Shown here in pieces: positions 1 to 8,036 of a stretch of 30,753 nucleotides of DNA. Each line of letters starts with the position of its first letter. Position 1 is the stretch's first letter. Location: positions 1 through 30,753 of the IMG/VR virus record IMGVR_UViG_3300044580_000565; one strand, 5' to 3'. A model generated the notes under the pieces. The model ran no database searches, was not told the origin of the DNA, and saw nothing but the letters and a program-made list of their open reading frames with translations. The stretch comes from a virus (taxonomy: Duplodnaviria > Caudoviricetes). The position numbers and the translations under genes were made by a program.

Positions 1-1172
1 GTCTCTCCGTATTGGCGCTGGTTTGTTCTTGCTCCCAAGAGCAATACTACTCGGATTCTGAAGACAGTATCGACCCCATGGATGTTCAAGTGATGGATGA
101 TTTTGCATCCGTCTTAAACGATGACGGAACTACTACTGATCTCTTTGACGTCGATGAATCTGACGCGAGTTCGGATGGTGCCACACAAGAGGATGTGGTC
201 ATCTCCGAAATTGATATCGAGTCCATCTGTACCGACCGTTTGGAGGCGAGTCTCCAACAGATTGATGTTTGCGGCAGCATCTCAACAGCCTCGAGTACCA
301 TCTACTTCGACGCTTGGCTTCTACAGGGCTCACTCTTTCGAATGTGTGATGTCGCATCGGAGCTAGTTCAGATTAGCGTGAATGCTGGTCGGTTGATGGT
401 TAACTCCGGCGCGTCGTGCATCGACAAATTGGACGAAATTGGTGGTTGTAGCTTGGTTAACGAGATTGAGGACATTTCATCCTTTCGCTTTTGCGATGAT
501 CTGTTTGTCGGCTTGGTTGGTGAAGGAGGCACCTGTTATTTCAGCCGTGAATGCGGAGATGGAATGTACTGCTCGCGGACTGATGAATGCCCTGGTCTCT
601 GTGTCCGTGATTTCCTAGGGTCGCATTTTTGCCTTCGCGATGATGATTGTCCTGCAGGCTACTACTGTTCGGCAGAAGGGCTTTGCGAGATTGCCAAGCT
701 TCCAGGAGACTCATGTCAAGCTGAAGAGTGTCTTGAAGGGAATGCGTGTCTTGGGGGTGTCTGTCTGAGGATTCTTCCATGGAACGAGGTGTCCTGTGGT
801 CCTACCGGAGCGAACTCCGTTGTTGCTTGCCCTGCAGGCTACCGCTGTTCCCTTGAAAGCGGAACGGGTGTGTGCGTTCCGTTGCGAACCAATGGTGAGG
901 ATTGCGTATTTAACGGCGACTGCTTGGATTCTTTGGGGTGTGTTGACGGTGTCTGTGGCACCGGTATTGAAGAAGGTGGTACTTGCAACGTCATGAAACC
1001 AGAGTGTGTTCGAGGAAGCCAGTGCATCGGGGATGTTTGTTCGACTTGGTATTCGCTTGATCTTGGCGATTCATGTCTTTTCGGCTTTTCATGCTCTTCT
1101 GGGCTCTGTCTTGAGTCAGTTTGCACCGCAGCCCAGCAGGCGAATGAAACAGGTTTGTGTTCCTTCTTCTAG
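1..1172 (+). CDS. Cysteine-rich secreted/lipoprotein, 5'-truncated by the window edge (probable host gene)
   Basis: Frame is open from the window start (LSVLALVCSC, resembling the end of a lipoprotein signal); acidic D/E linker, then many C-x3-DC-x2-G-x2-C repeats; visibly lower GC than the downstream phage. Such proteins are typical of Myxococcota-like bacteria (inference). Confidence 0.7.
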   Translation, partial: LSVLALVCSCSQEQYYSDSEDSIDPMDVQVMDDFASVLNDDGTTTDLFDVDESDASSDGATQEDVVISEIDIESICTDRLEASLQQIDVCGSISTASSTIYFDAWLLQGSLFRMCDVASELVQISVNAGRLMVNSGASCIDKLDEIGGCSLVNEIEDISSFRFCDDLFVGLVGEGGTCYFSRECGDGMYCSRTDECPGLCVRDFLGSHFCLRDDDCPAGYYCSAEGLCEIAKLPGDSCQAEECLEGNACLGGVCLRILPWNEVSCGPTGANSVVACPAGYRCSLESGTGVCVPLRTNGEDCVFNGDCLDSLGCVDGVCGTGIEEGGTCNVMKPECVRGSQCIGDVCSTWYSLDLGDSCLFGFSCSSGLCLESVCTAAQQANETGLCSFF

Positions 1173-1266
1173 TGTTCCGTTTCCGAAATTGCTGTCCACT
1201 CGTGGGAATTCTTCATTTCCAAACCGGGCGTCTACAACACCTCACCAAGGTCGCCAGTTCCCACAT

Positions 1267-1563
1267 TCACTTGCCACACGTCTTGCTGGTGGCAGCCGGC
1301 GCGAGCGGCGCGTAGACTTCGACGATTTCCAGTTCCTCCCCATGCTTCCCGTTGCAGGCCTTGCAGATTGGCACGATGTAGGTGTCGTTGTCGGCAGTAC
1401 CGACCTTCTTGACGTGCCCGCCGACGAGATCATTCCCGTTGCAGTCTTTGACAGCACAGAGTTGGGGCACCGCGGTCTTCTTGCCATTGAACTTCACCCA
1501 ATGGGCGAGCCAAGTACCGCACGCGCAAACGCCCTTGTCGCCAGTCAGGTTCTTGACTTTCAT
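1267..1563 (-). CDS. Small Cys/His-rich protein, HNH-like zinc-binding fold
   Basis: GGAGGA RBS upstream of the ATG; CxC...C-x4-C...GGHV...YIVPICKACN pattern resembles a beta-beta-alpha-metal (HNH-like) zinc finger. Confidence 0.65.
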   Translation of the reverse strand: MKVKNLTGDKGVCACGTWLAHWVKFNGKKTAVPQLCAVKDCNGNDLVGGHVKKVGTADNDTYIVPICKACNGKHGEELEIVEVYAPLAPAATSKTCGK

Positions 1564-1699
1564 CGTGATTCCTCCCAGGCGTCATCGCCGGAACCGATCA
1601 TCTGCCCGATGCAAGGACGGCACAAGGGGGGTACTTTTCGACAAGTCCCTTACCCATAGGGCGATTTCCCCAAAAGCACCGGAATCATTGCGGGACCAC

Positions 1700-1728
1700 T
1701 TGACACGAGCGACCCGGATCCCTATCTT
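1700..1728 (+). promoter_or_regulatory. Sigma70-type promoter (early, rightward)
   Basis: TTGACA (1700-1705), 17-bp spacer, TATCTT (1723-1728). Confidence 0.75.
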
Positions 1729-1735
1729 TCCGGAT

Positions 1736-1900
1736 GTCCCCGGCGGGTTTGCAAACCGCCCCGGACGGCCCATCCCTCGGGAAGGGTCTTGCGGCACTGG
1801 ATCGGCAAGCCAGTCCCGACCGGGTAGCACCGGTCGGGACGCCGCCGGCTCCGGTTCCGCTTTCAGGCTTGTCGATCTTTGTAGCGCCGCAAGCCCGTCC
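1736..1900 (+). ncRNA. Candidate structured RNA / leader
   Basis: Nested pairings: 1813-1823/1830-1840 (11 bp perfect), 1800-1811/1866-1877 (12 bp, one G-U), 1788-1795/1886-1893 (8 bp), 1763-1768/1895-1900, plus small hairpins 1742-1760 and 1774-1786; begins just after the promoter. Confidence 0.5.
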
Positions 1901-2035
1901 ACGACCCAGGCACACGAAGCCGCGTCCCCCCTTGACGCCAGCCTCGTCACTCACGCCATGACCTCTGTTCGGCTCGCGGCTCCCCGTTTCGCACGGAGGA
2001 GCCATGCACCGATCCGCACGTTCGCAAATCCTGTC

Positions 2036-2137
2036 CCGTCACCTTCACCCAGTGACGGTAGCCGTCACACCCCTGGGACGACGACCGTCACCCCCCTGTG
2101 ACGGAAACCGTCCCACCCCTGTGACGGCGACCGTCAC
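2036..2137. repeat. Iteron-like palindromic repeats, candidate replication origin
   Basis: CCGTC(A/C)C starts at 2036, 2062, 2085, 2108, 2131 (23-bp period after the first), the first four each followed by the inverted GTGACGG or a variant. Confidence 0.7.
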
Positions 2138-2437
2138 CCAAGGAATCTACTGTTCTGAATGGCATTCCAGAAGGCGTTTTCGGAGATCAGGCGTCCTGCC
2201 ACGGAACGCCTGTCTCCCCCGGACGCCATCCGGACGCCCTAGCCCCACGGTTCGCGAACCCGAGCCCGGTCCCGGAACCAGGGCGGATTTAGAGGTTGCG
2301 AGTTGCGGGCTGTCTTTACGTCCCGTCCAGGGCCGCCGCAAGCGGCCGGGGAAGGGAGAAGGAAGAGCCCCAAGGAACAGGGACCGGGAGCCCCAATCCC
2401 TATTCGGGTTTGGGTTCGAGGGAACGGGGGTGAAGAA

Positions 2438-3484
2438 GTGAAGAAGAAGTTCCTAGATGGAGTGTGGCTTCCGGCTTCGCTGCTTTCGAGTGATGCGCTA
2501 CCGGTGGCGACCCGGGCCTACCTGCTGATGCTGTCCCAGGGGCGGCACGACGACCCGGGCTACTGGCTGCGCCACAAAGCCGCGAAGCAGGCCGTCCGGA
2601 TCGGACTGCCTGCCGACGAATCCGGACGGCGTGCGTGGCAGCGCGCCAAAGACGCGCTGCGGAGCAGGGGGCTACTGGAACGCCGGGTCGTTGACGCCGG
2701 GGGACGAATCCTGGTCAGCGTCGAGGACCCCGATCCGTCCCCCGCGGCCCTCGCAGCCCTTGGTCGAGTTCTTCACGAATACCGGGCAATCCCGCCCGGC
2801 GGTTTCGCGCCAGGCCGTGTGGCGTCCGAGAACGGACGACGGACGGCGTTCAGGTCGAAGGCCGGGGTATCCGAGGCCGACCGCATCGCGGCGGGCCTGG
2901 ACGCCCTTTCTTGGACCGGAAACGATGACGTTGAGCGCCGCTACTGCCTCGGATACCAGCGCGCTTTGCTGGACGCCATGGATCGCCTTGCCATCGAGCG
3001 GATGCCCGAGGTCGTGGTCCACGGGTTGCCGTGGGCGGCTGTGCCCGGCCTGGAGGGCATGGCGAATTTGGCGGATCCAGACGTTGTCGGCTTCTGGGGC
3101 ATCCAATTCCCCCGGGCGGCGGCGACAAACGCGCTCCTTCGTGACGTGCCCGAGGGCACGCGCAACCAGATCCTCGTAGTCAGCGCGCTCAACAAAGCCG
3201 TTGCGAAGGTGAAGAACGGCACGTGGAAAAAGGTGGCGAAGCCCGTCGCCTTCTTCGCGACGTTGATTGCGGAGGCCGGGACGGACCCCCGCGACGGCTT
3301 GCTCACGTCCGATCAAGTCGCTGGTTTGCTGGCTCGCACCCCCGCCGCCCGCCCGCTTTCAGAGTGGGCCGGGACCGAGGACCCGGGCGACCAGCGGCCA
3401 GGGGATCGGCCGAACAAATTCGACAGCACTAACGACAACGCGGATTCCGGGGAGGTAGGTCGAGAAATCGACCCGGCCGGGTAG
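2438..3484 (+). CDS. Putative phage replication initiator / winged-HTH DNA-binding protein
   Basis: GTG start at 2438 after a purine-rich tract; N-terminus FLDGVWLPASLLSSDALPVATRAYLLML resembles the F.GVWIP..L....L N-termini of phage replication organisers; sits next to iteron-like repeats. Confidence 0.45.
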   Translation: MKKKFLDGVWLPASLLSSDALPVATRAYLLMLSQGRHDDPGYWLRHKAAKQAVRIGLPADESGRRAWQRAKDALRSRGLLERRVVDAGGRILVSVEDPDPSPAALAALGRVLHEYRAIPPGGFAPGRVASENGRRTAFRSKAGVSEADRIAAGLDALSWTGNDDVERRYCLGYQRALLDAMDRLAIERMPEVVVHGLPWAAVPGLEGMANLADPDVVGFWGIQFPRAAATNALLRDVPEGTRNQILVVSALNKAVAKVKNGTWKKVAKPVAFFATLIAEAGTDPRDGLLTSDQVAGLLARTPAARPLSEWAGTEDPGDQRPGDRPNKFDSTNDNADSGEVGREIDPAG

Positions 3485-3584
3485 ATGGGATCGGGGGCTC
3501 GGCGTAGGCCACTTTCAATAGTTTGCCTATTCGCCAGCCATGTCTGTTGAGAGGGCCGCACGTCGCGGCCCGGGAGGAAAGGAA

Positions 3585-4064
3585 ATGGGAAACCAGATTG
3601 GGATCGAGATCGAGAAGTGCGGCGGCGAGTACGTCGCCACCGCGACGCGGCCGGCGGGTGTGGCGTCCGCCGTAGCCGGCGAGGGCTACCCGCCCCTGCG
3701 GGTGCTGGCGAGCGGGACGGGTGACAGCCCGGGGGACGCGCTGGCAATGCTGGCGACCGTACTGGACCGGGGGATCGCCGTCGCGGACTGCTACGACGCG
3801 GTGGTCTTCTGCACGGACACGCATCCCGACCAGACGTGCAACGACGCGACCGCGATCCAGGACGCGATCCGCGGGCGCATCGGTGCGGATGTGCCGGTTC
3901 GCGGTCGGCGCGCACTGACTGACGCCCAGGCGGTCGCGGTGGACGTGCTCGCAGGGGTCTACGGCGTCCCCGAGACCACCGTCGCAAAGGCGTTCGGAAT
4001 CGGGCGGACAACCGTCCGCCACATGATCGGCCGGACCGGCCGGACAACCTACAGGAGGGCGTAA
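3585..4064 (+). CDS. Hypothetical protein with C-terminal HTH (HicB-like N-terminal pattern possible)
   Basis: GGGAGG RBS, ATG 3585; C-terminus LTDAQAVAV...VAKAFGIGRTTVRHMI is HTH-like. Confidence 0.6.
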   Translation: MGNQIGIEIEKCGGEYVATATRPAGVASAVAGEGYPPLRVLASGTGDSPGDALAMLATVLDRGIAVADCYDAVVFCTDTHPDQTCNDATAIQDAIRGRIGADVPVRGRRALTDAQAVAVDVLAGVYGVPETTVAKAFGIGRTTVRHMIGRTGRTTYRRA

Positions 4065-4066
4065 TC

Positions 4067-4513
4067 ATGGCACAGAGCATTTCGTACACGGACCAGATCG
4101 GCGACACGGACGACCTCGGCGATGCCCTGGACATCCTCCGGGATGCTTGCCGGGACCTCGCAGGCGCGGTGGGGGTCGCCCGTGCCTCGGGCTACCTGAC
4201 GCCCGAGGCGCGGGCCGGGGTCCTCGAACTGATCGCCCGGCTCCACTCGGAACTCGACCGGGACTTCGACGACCAGTGGCGCGACGACCCGTTCGACGGC
4301 GAGGACCCGTACCGCCCGGGCGAGTGGAACACGATCCCCCTCGACGGCATCGTCTGCCCCGGGTGCAAAGGACAAATCGCTGGCGCGGAGGACGGCATCC
4401 ACACGTGCGAGTGCGCGGGGCACTTGTGGCGGCGTGAGCCGGGCGGCGGCGACAACGCCAGGTGGCAGGTGCTGTTCGTGGACGAGGCGGACGAGAAGGG
4501 CGACCCGTCGTGA
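4067..4513 (+). CDS. Hypothetical phage protein with zinc ribbon
   Basis: AGGAGG RBS; CPGC...CEC motif. Confidence 0.65.
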   Translation: MAQSISYTDQIGDTDDLGDALDILRDACRDLAGAVGVARASGYLTPEARAGVLELIARLHSELDRDFDDQWRDDPFDGEDPYRPGEWNTIPLDGIVCPGCKGQIAGAEDGIHTCECAGHLWRREPGGGDNARWQVLFVDEADEKGDPS

Positions 4514-4521
4514 CAACGTGC

Positions 4522-4554
4522 GGCCGGGTCCTGGACGTTGACCAGGACCCGGCC
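4522..4554. promoter_or_regulatory. Perfect 13-bp inverted repeat upstream of the XRE gene (operator or RNA hairpin)
   Basis: GGCCGGGTCCTGG-ACGTTGA-CCAGGACCCGGCC, followed by a CCC-GAAA-GGG mini-hairpin and the RBS. Confidence 0.5.
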
Positions 4555-4576
4555 CCCGAAAGGGAGGGAGGGGACC

Positions 4577-4894
4577 ATGGGGAAAAGAGAAGAGATTGAT
4601 ATTTTTGAAATCCTTGGCTTGTTGCCGAAACCGACGCCAAGGCGGGCACCGGCTCAATGGCTAAATGCGGCCCGCATCCGGGCAGCCCGCGAGGCGCGGA
4701 GGCTCACACAGGGTCAACTGGCGCTGCTCGTCGGCCTTGCACGCACGCAAATGGCGGACCTGGAACTCAACGGACGTGTGCCGGCGGGGCATCCGGACAT
4801 CGTCGAACGTCTCGCGGCCGTGCTGCGCATCGACGCCGACACGATCAGAACGAGGTACGACAGGCAGCGCATCGCGACCGGCGGGGAGGGGTGA
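4577..4894 (+). CDS. XRE/Cro-C1 family helix-turn-helix regulator
   Basis: RIRAAREARRLTQGQLALLVGLARTQMADLELNG is a canonical XRE HTH; GGAGGG RBS. Confidence 0.85.
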   Translation: MGKREEIDIFEILGLLPKPTPRRAPAQWLNAARIRAAREARRLTQGQLALLVGLARTQMADLELNGRVPAGHPDIVERLAAVLRIDADTIRTRYDRQRIATGGEG

Positions 4895-4895
4895 A

Positions 4896-6077
4896 ATGGC
4901 ACAGAGCAACTGGATCGACGACATGATCAACGAAACGGAGCAGCCAGCGGAAGACACGTCATGGCTGGCGGACCTCGGGTCGCAACCGGAACCGGTTGCC
5001 GAACCGCCGGGGGCCCTGCCCGACGAGACCGCGGACCCATTCAACGCCTGGCTGGCTGGCGCGGGGGAGCCGGAACCCATCATCAGCCTCGCGGATCGCT
5101 ACGGGGTGCCACCGTTTTCCGTGCTTCGCACGGCGTCAGGCGAATGGCAGAAGCGAAAGCGCGAGTGGTTGGCGTTGGGCATCCAGAGCGAATTGGGCCG
5201 GGACGACATGGCGCTTTGGACCAGCGAGGCGATGATCGACTACAAAATGGACCACTACCGGGACCGCGAGAAGAAGAAGGCCCGGAGCCGCGCAGGGCTG
5301 ACGTTCGGCGAATTCTGCAACGACATCACCGGCCCGTGCTGCGGAACGTCGATCTTCGATCCGGTTCTGACCGAGCTACTGGTTCGCTGGTACTCGCCGC
5401 GTGGCGGCCGGGTGCTCGACCCGTTCGCCGGGGGCAGCGTCAGGGGCATCGTCGCCGCCGCCCTCGGGCGGAAATACACGGGGATCGACATTTCGGCCCG
5501 GCAGGTCGAGGCGAATCGCGCCCAGTGGGCGGACATCGCGCCGAAGCTCCCGGCGGGCACCCCGGAGCCCCGGTGGATCGTAGGGGACGCCCAAGACGTG
5601 CAAACGCTCGCACGTCAGCCATACGACTTCATCATGACGTGCCCGCCCTACGGAGACCTTGAAGTCTACTCGGACGACCCCCGGGACCTATCGGCGATGG
5701 ACTATCCCCAATTCCGGGTCGCGTACCGCCTTGCGATCCGGCGGTCTATTGAAATGCTCCGGCCGGGGCGGTTCGCGGCAATCGTCGTCGGTGAGATCCG
5801 CGACCCAGACGGCTACATGAGGGGATTCGTGCCGGACACCATCGCGGCTTTCACGGACGCCCGGATGCACCTCTACAACGAGGCGATCCTTCTCAACGCG
5901 CTTGGGACCGCCCCGGTGCGAACCCGGCAGTTCGCTGCGAGCCGGAAGGTCGTCAAGGTCCACCAAAACGTCCTGGTCTTCGCCAACGACTGGAAGGCGG
6001 CCGTCGCCGCGTGCGGCTCCCCTGGGACCTTCCTGTCCACCGGGAACCGGCCGATGCTGGAGGCCGACGATGAATGA
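4896..6077 (+). CDS. Phage DNA amino-methyltransferase-fold enzyme (N4-C/N6-A class) with variant TCPPY motif
   Basis: SAM-binding motif I VLDPFAGGSVRG, YTGIDIS, motif IV-like FIMTCPPY; ATG 4896 after GGAGG. Confidence 0.88.
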   Translation: MAQSNWIDDMINETEQPAEDTSWLADLGSQPEPVAEPPGALPDETADPFNAWLAGAGEPEPIISLADRYGVPPFSVLRTASGEWQKRKREWLALGIQSELGRDDMALWTSEAMIDYKMDHYRDREKKKARSRAGLTFGEFCNDITGPCCGTSIFDPVLTELLVRWYSPRGGRVLDPFAGGSVRGIVAAALGRKYTGIDISARQVEANRAQWADIAPKLPAGTPEPRWIVGDAQDVQTLARQPYDFIMTCPPYGDLEVYSDDPRDLSAMDYPQFRVAYRLAIRRSIEMLRPGRFAAIVVGEIRDPDGYMRGFVPDTIAAFTDARMHLYNEAILLNALGTAPVRTRQFAASRKVVKVHQNVLVFANDWKAAVAACGSPGTFLSTGNRPMLEADDE

Positions 6078-6879
6078 CTGGTGGGAAGATGACGACGCCG
6101 GATGCGCCCCGGCCGAATTGACGCCAATCGAGCGGCATGGCGACATCTGGATCAAGCGTGACGACCACTACCAGACCCCGGCGGGCGTCGGTGGCGGCAA
6201 GGCCCGGACGGTCTGGGCGCTCGCGCAGGGGGCATCGGGTCTCGTGACGGCCGGGTCACGGACGGCCTCGCTCGCGAACATCACGGCACGGATCGCGGCC
6301 CGCCTCGGCATCCCCTGCCGCGTCCACGCGCCCACGGGCACCCTCGGCCCGGAACTCGTCGCGGCCGTTGCGGCGGGGGCCGAAATCATCCAGCACCGGG
6401 CGGGCTATGGATCGGTCCTTGCGGCACGCGCCAGGGATGACGCCCTCGGCCGAGGGTGGACCCACATTCCGCTCCTTCTAGCGTGCGACGAAAACATCCG
6501 GCAAACCCGCCAGCAGGTAGCGGACATCCCGGCCGGTGTCCGCCGCATCGTCTGCCCGGTCGGGTCCGGCATGAGCCTCGCGGGCGTCCTTCACGGCCTG
6601 GACGACGAAGGGCTCCACATCCCCGTCGTCGGCGTTGTCGTCGGGGCGAATCCCACCCGCCGCATCGACGAGTTCGGGCCGGCAGGCTGGCGGGACCGGA
6701 CGGCGTTGCTCCCGTCGGGCCTGGACTACCACGACGCCGCCCCGGTCGTTCTGCGGACGTTGCACGGCGTCCCGCTCGATCCCGGCTACGAGGCGAAATG
6801 CGTCCCGTTCATCCAGACCGGCGACCTGCTGTGGGTAGTCGGCCTACGGGCGACGGCCCAGCAGGAGGTGAACGAATGA
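6070..6879 (+). CDS. PLP-dependent fold-type II enzyme (ACC deaminase / D-cysteine desulfhydrase-like)
   Basis: IWIKRDD...GGGKAR (PLP lysine), GLVTAGS, IVCPVGSGMSLAG phosphate loop, GVPLDPGYEAK; start overlaps the end of the MTase gene. Confidence 0.85.
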   Translation: MNDWWEDDDAGCAPAELTPIERHGDIWIKRDDHYQTPAGVGGGKARTVWALAQGASGLVTAGSRTASLANITARIAARLGIPCRVHAPTGTLGPELVAAVAAGAEIIQHRAGYGSVLAARARDDALGRGWTHIPLLLACDENIRQTRQQVADIPAGVRRIVCPVGSGMSLAGVLHGLDDEGLHIPVVGVVVGANPTRRIDEFGPAGWRDRTALLPSGLDYHDAAPVVLRTLHGVPLDPGYEAKCVPFIQTGDLLWVVGLRATAQQEVNE

Positions 6880-7112
6880 AGGTCACATCCGAGTGCTGCA
6901 TGTTCTGCCGGGACATCCGGGGCCTCGGGACCGGATGGGTCTGGTGCGCCAGGTCCCACAAGCCGCCGCTCGTCCCGACGGCCCGCCGCGAGGGCGGGTA
7001 TCGGCCTGCCACCCAGCGGACGGCCGAAGGGCTCCAATGGCGCGAGTCCCTGGTGGACCTTGTAGTCCCGCGCCCGTGTTTCGTGGAACCGGAGGAAAGA
7101 CCATGCAAGTGA
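6876..7112 (+). CDS. Small Cys-rich hypothetical protein
   Basis: AGGAGG RBS, ATGA overlap with the previous gene; CCxxC...C...C. Confidence 0.6.
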   Translation: MKVTSECCMFCRDIRGLGTGWVWCARSHKPPLVPTARREGGYRPATQRTAEGLQWRESLVDLVVPRPCFVEPEERPCK

Positions 7113-7717
7113 AAATGTCGGCCGCGTGGGCGCGGCATCTTTGGCATTGCACCCGGGAACACGTCGAGACCGTCTGCCACGGCCGTTGCTGCGAGTGCAA
7201 CGGGGCATCCGAGATCCCCCTATTTCCGGACGAGGTGCCAGGGTTCGTCGCCGCCGCCACCGCGACCGACGTCACGGGCTGGACGGTCGAAACCAACCCG
7301 GACGGCAGCGGCGTCATGCGGTACAGCCTGAAGGGCGGCGGGTGCCCCGGCAAGACGCCCTCGGGCCTCTGCCGGTGGCACGGGACGCCGATCAAGCCCT
7401 GGAGTTGCGTCGCGTCCCCGTTCGCTTTGTCCCCGTCCGGCGAGACCCTGATCATCCGCCGGCGGTACGCCCTGATGGCGTGCCACGCCCGACGGGACGG
7501 GGAACCGGCTTACAAGACGTTCCGCCCGTCCCTTGACTTGATCTTCGGCCCGCACGAAGCAGCCCGGGTCTGCGACCGCCTCGACGCCGGGTCGGGCGAC
7601 GTGACCGCCGAGATGCCCGACGAGCATTGGCACCGGCTACGGCACATCGGGCACGTCCGGACCGCGACCCCCGACGCCCCCGCCGAAAGCATCCTCGACC
7701 TTCTCGGTGATGACTAA
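7103..7717 (+). CDS. YkgJ-family (CxxCxxCC-type) cysteine cluster protein, putative Fe-S/Zn binding
   Basis: C...CHGRCC, GGCPGKTPSGLCRWHGTPIKPWSCVASPF matches the YkgJ C-x-x-L...C.IY..RP..C..FP pattern; GGAGG RBS. Confidence 0.75.
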   Translation: MQVKMSAAWARHLWHCTREHVETVCHGRCCECNGASEIPLFPDEVPGFVAAATATDVTGWTVETNPDGSGVMRYSLKGGGCPGKTPSGLCRWHGTPIKPWSCVASPFALSPSGETLIIRRRYALMACHARRDGEPAYKTFRPSLDLIFGPHEAARVCDRLDAGSGDVTAEMPDEHWHRLRHIGHVRTATPDAPAESILDLLGDD

Positions 7718-7750
7718 TGGTGGTGGGACGAAAAGCATGCGGTAGATACG

Positions 7751-7785
7751 AAAAGGCCCCTGGCGACAAGCGCCAGGGGCCTTTT
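7751..7785. terminator. Bidirectional rho-independent terminator
   Basis: AAAAGGCCCCTGGCG-ACAAG-CGCCAGGGGCCTTTT perfect inverted repeat with T-runs on both strands, between convergent genes. Confidence 0.9.
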
Positions 7786-7790
7786 GGACC

Positions 7791-8036
7791 CTAGTTCATC
7801 AAGATGAACAGACTAACCCGAAGCCATTCCAGGGCGTGCATTACGAGCCAAGCGCCCGCAGCGTGGAGTATGAAGCAAAGTACCGCGAGAAGTACCCCGC
7901 GGAAGTAGCCGTGTCGCACCAACAGTGCTTCGGCACGGAAAATCGTCACGATAAGTGAGATGTTCAAACTGGCTACGAAGAGGCAAGGAAGCGCAATCAG
8001 CGCAATTTGAATAATTGCGATGAGCTGCGGGTTCAT
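7791..8036 (-). CDS. Small membrane protein, two or three hydrophobic segments (moron gene)
   Basis: 81 aa, strongly hydrophobic; lower GC than the flanks; ends directly at the terminator. Confidence 0.6.
   Translation of the reverse strand: MNPQLIAIIQIALIALPCLFVASLNISLIVTIFRAEALLVRHGYFRGVLLAVLCFILHAAGAWLVMHALEWLRVSLFILMN

Noticed and set aside
2036-2137. CRISPR array
   Set aside because: 23-bp period leaves no room for unique spacers and no cas genes are present; better explained as iterons
1382-2441. ORFs 1382-2101 and 2004-2441 as functional genes
   Set aside because: Pro/Arg/Ser-rich, overlap the promoter, structured RNA and repeats; no recognisable domain
6070-6879. Genuine ACC deaminase (acdS) as an auxiliary metabolic gene
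   Set aside because: Shorter and divergent (GGGKAR rather than GGNKxRK) and coupled to a DNA MTase-fold gene; only the fold is supported
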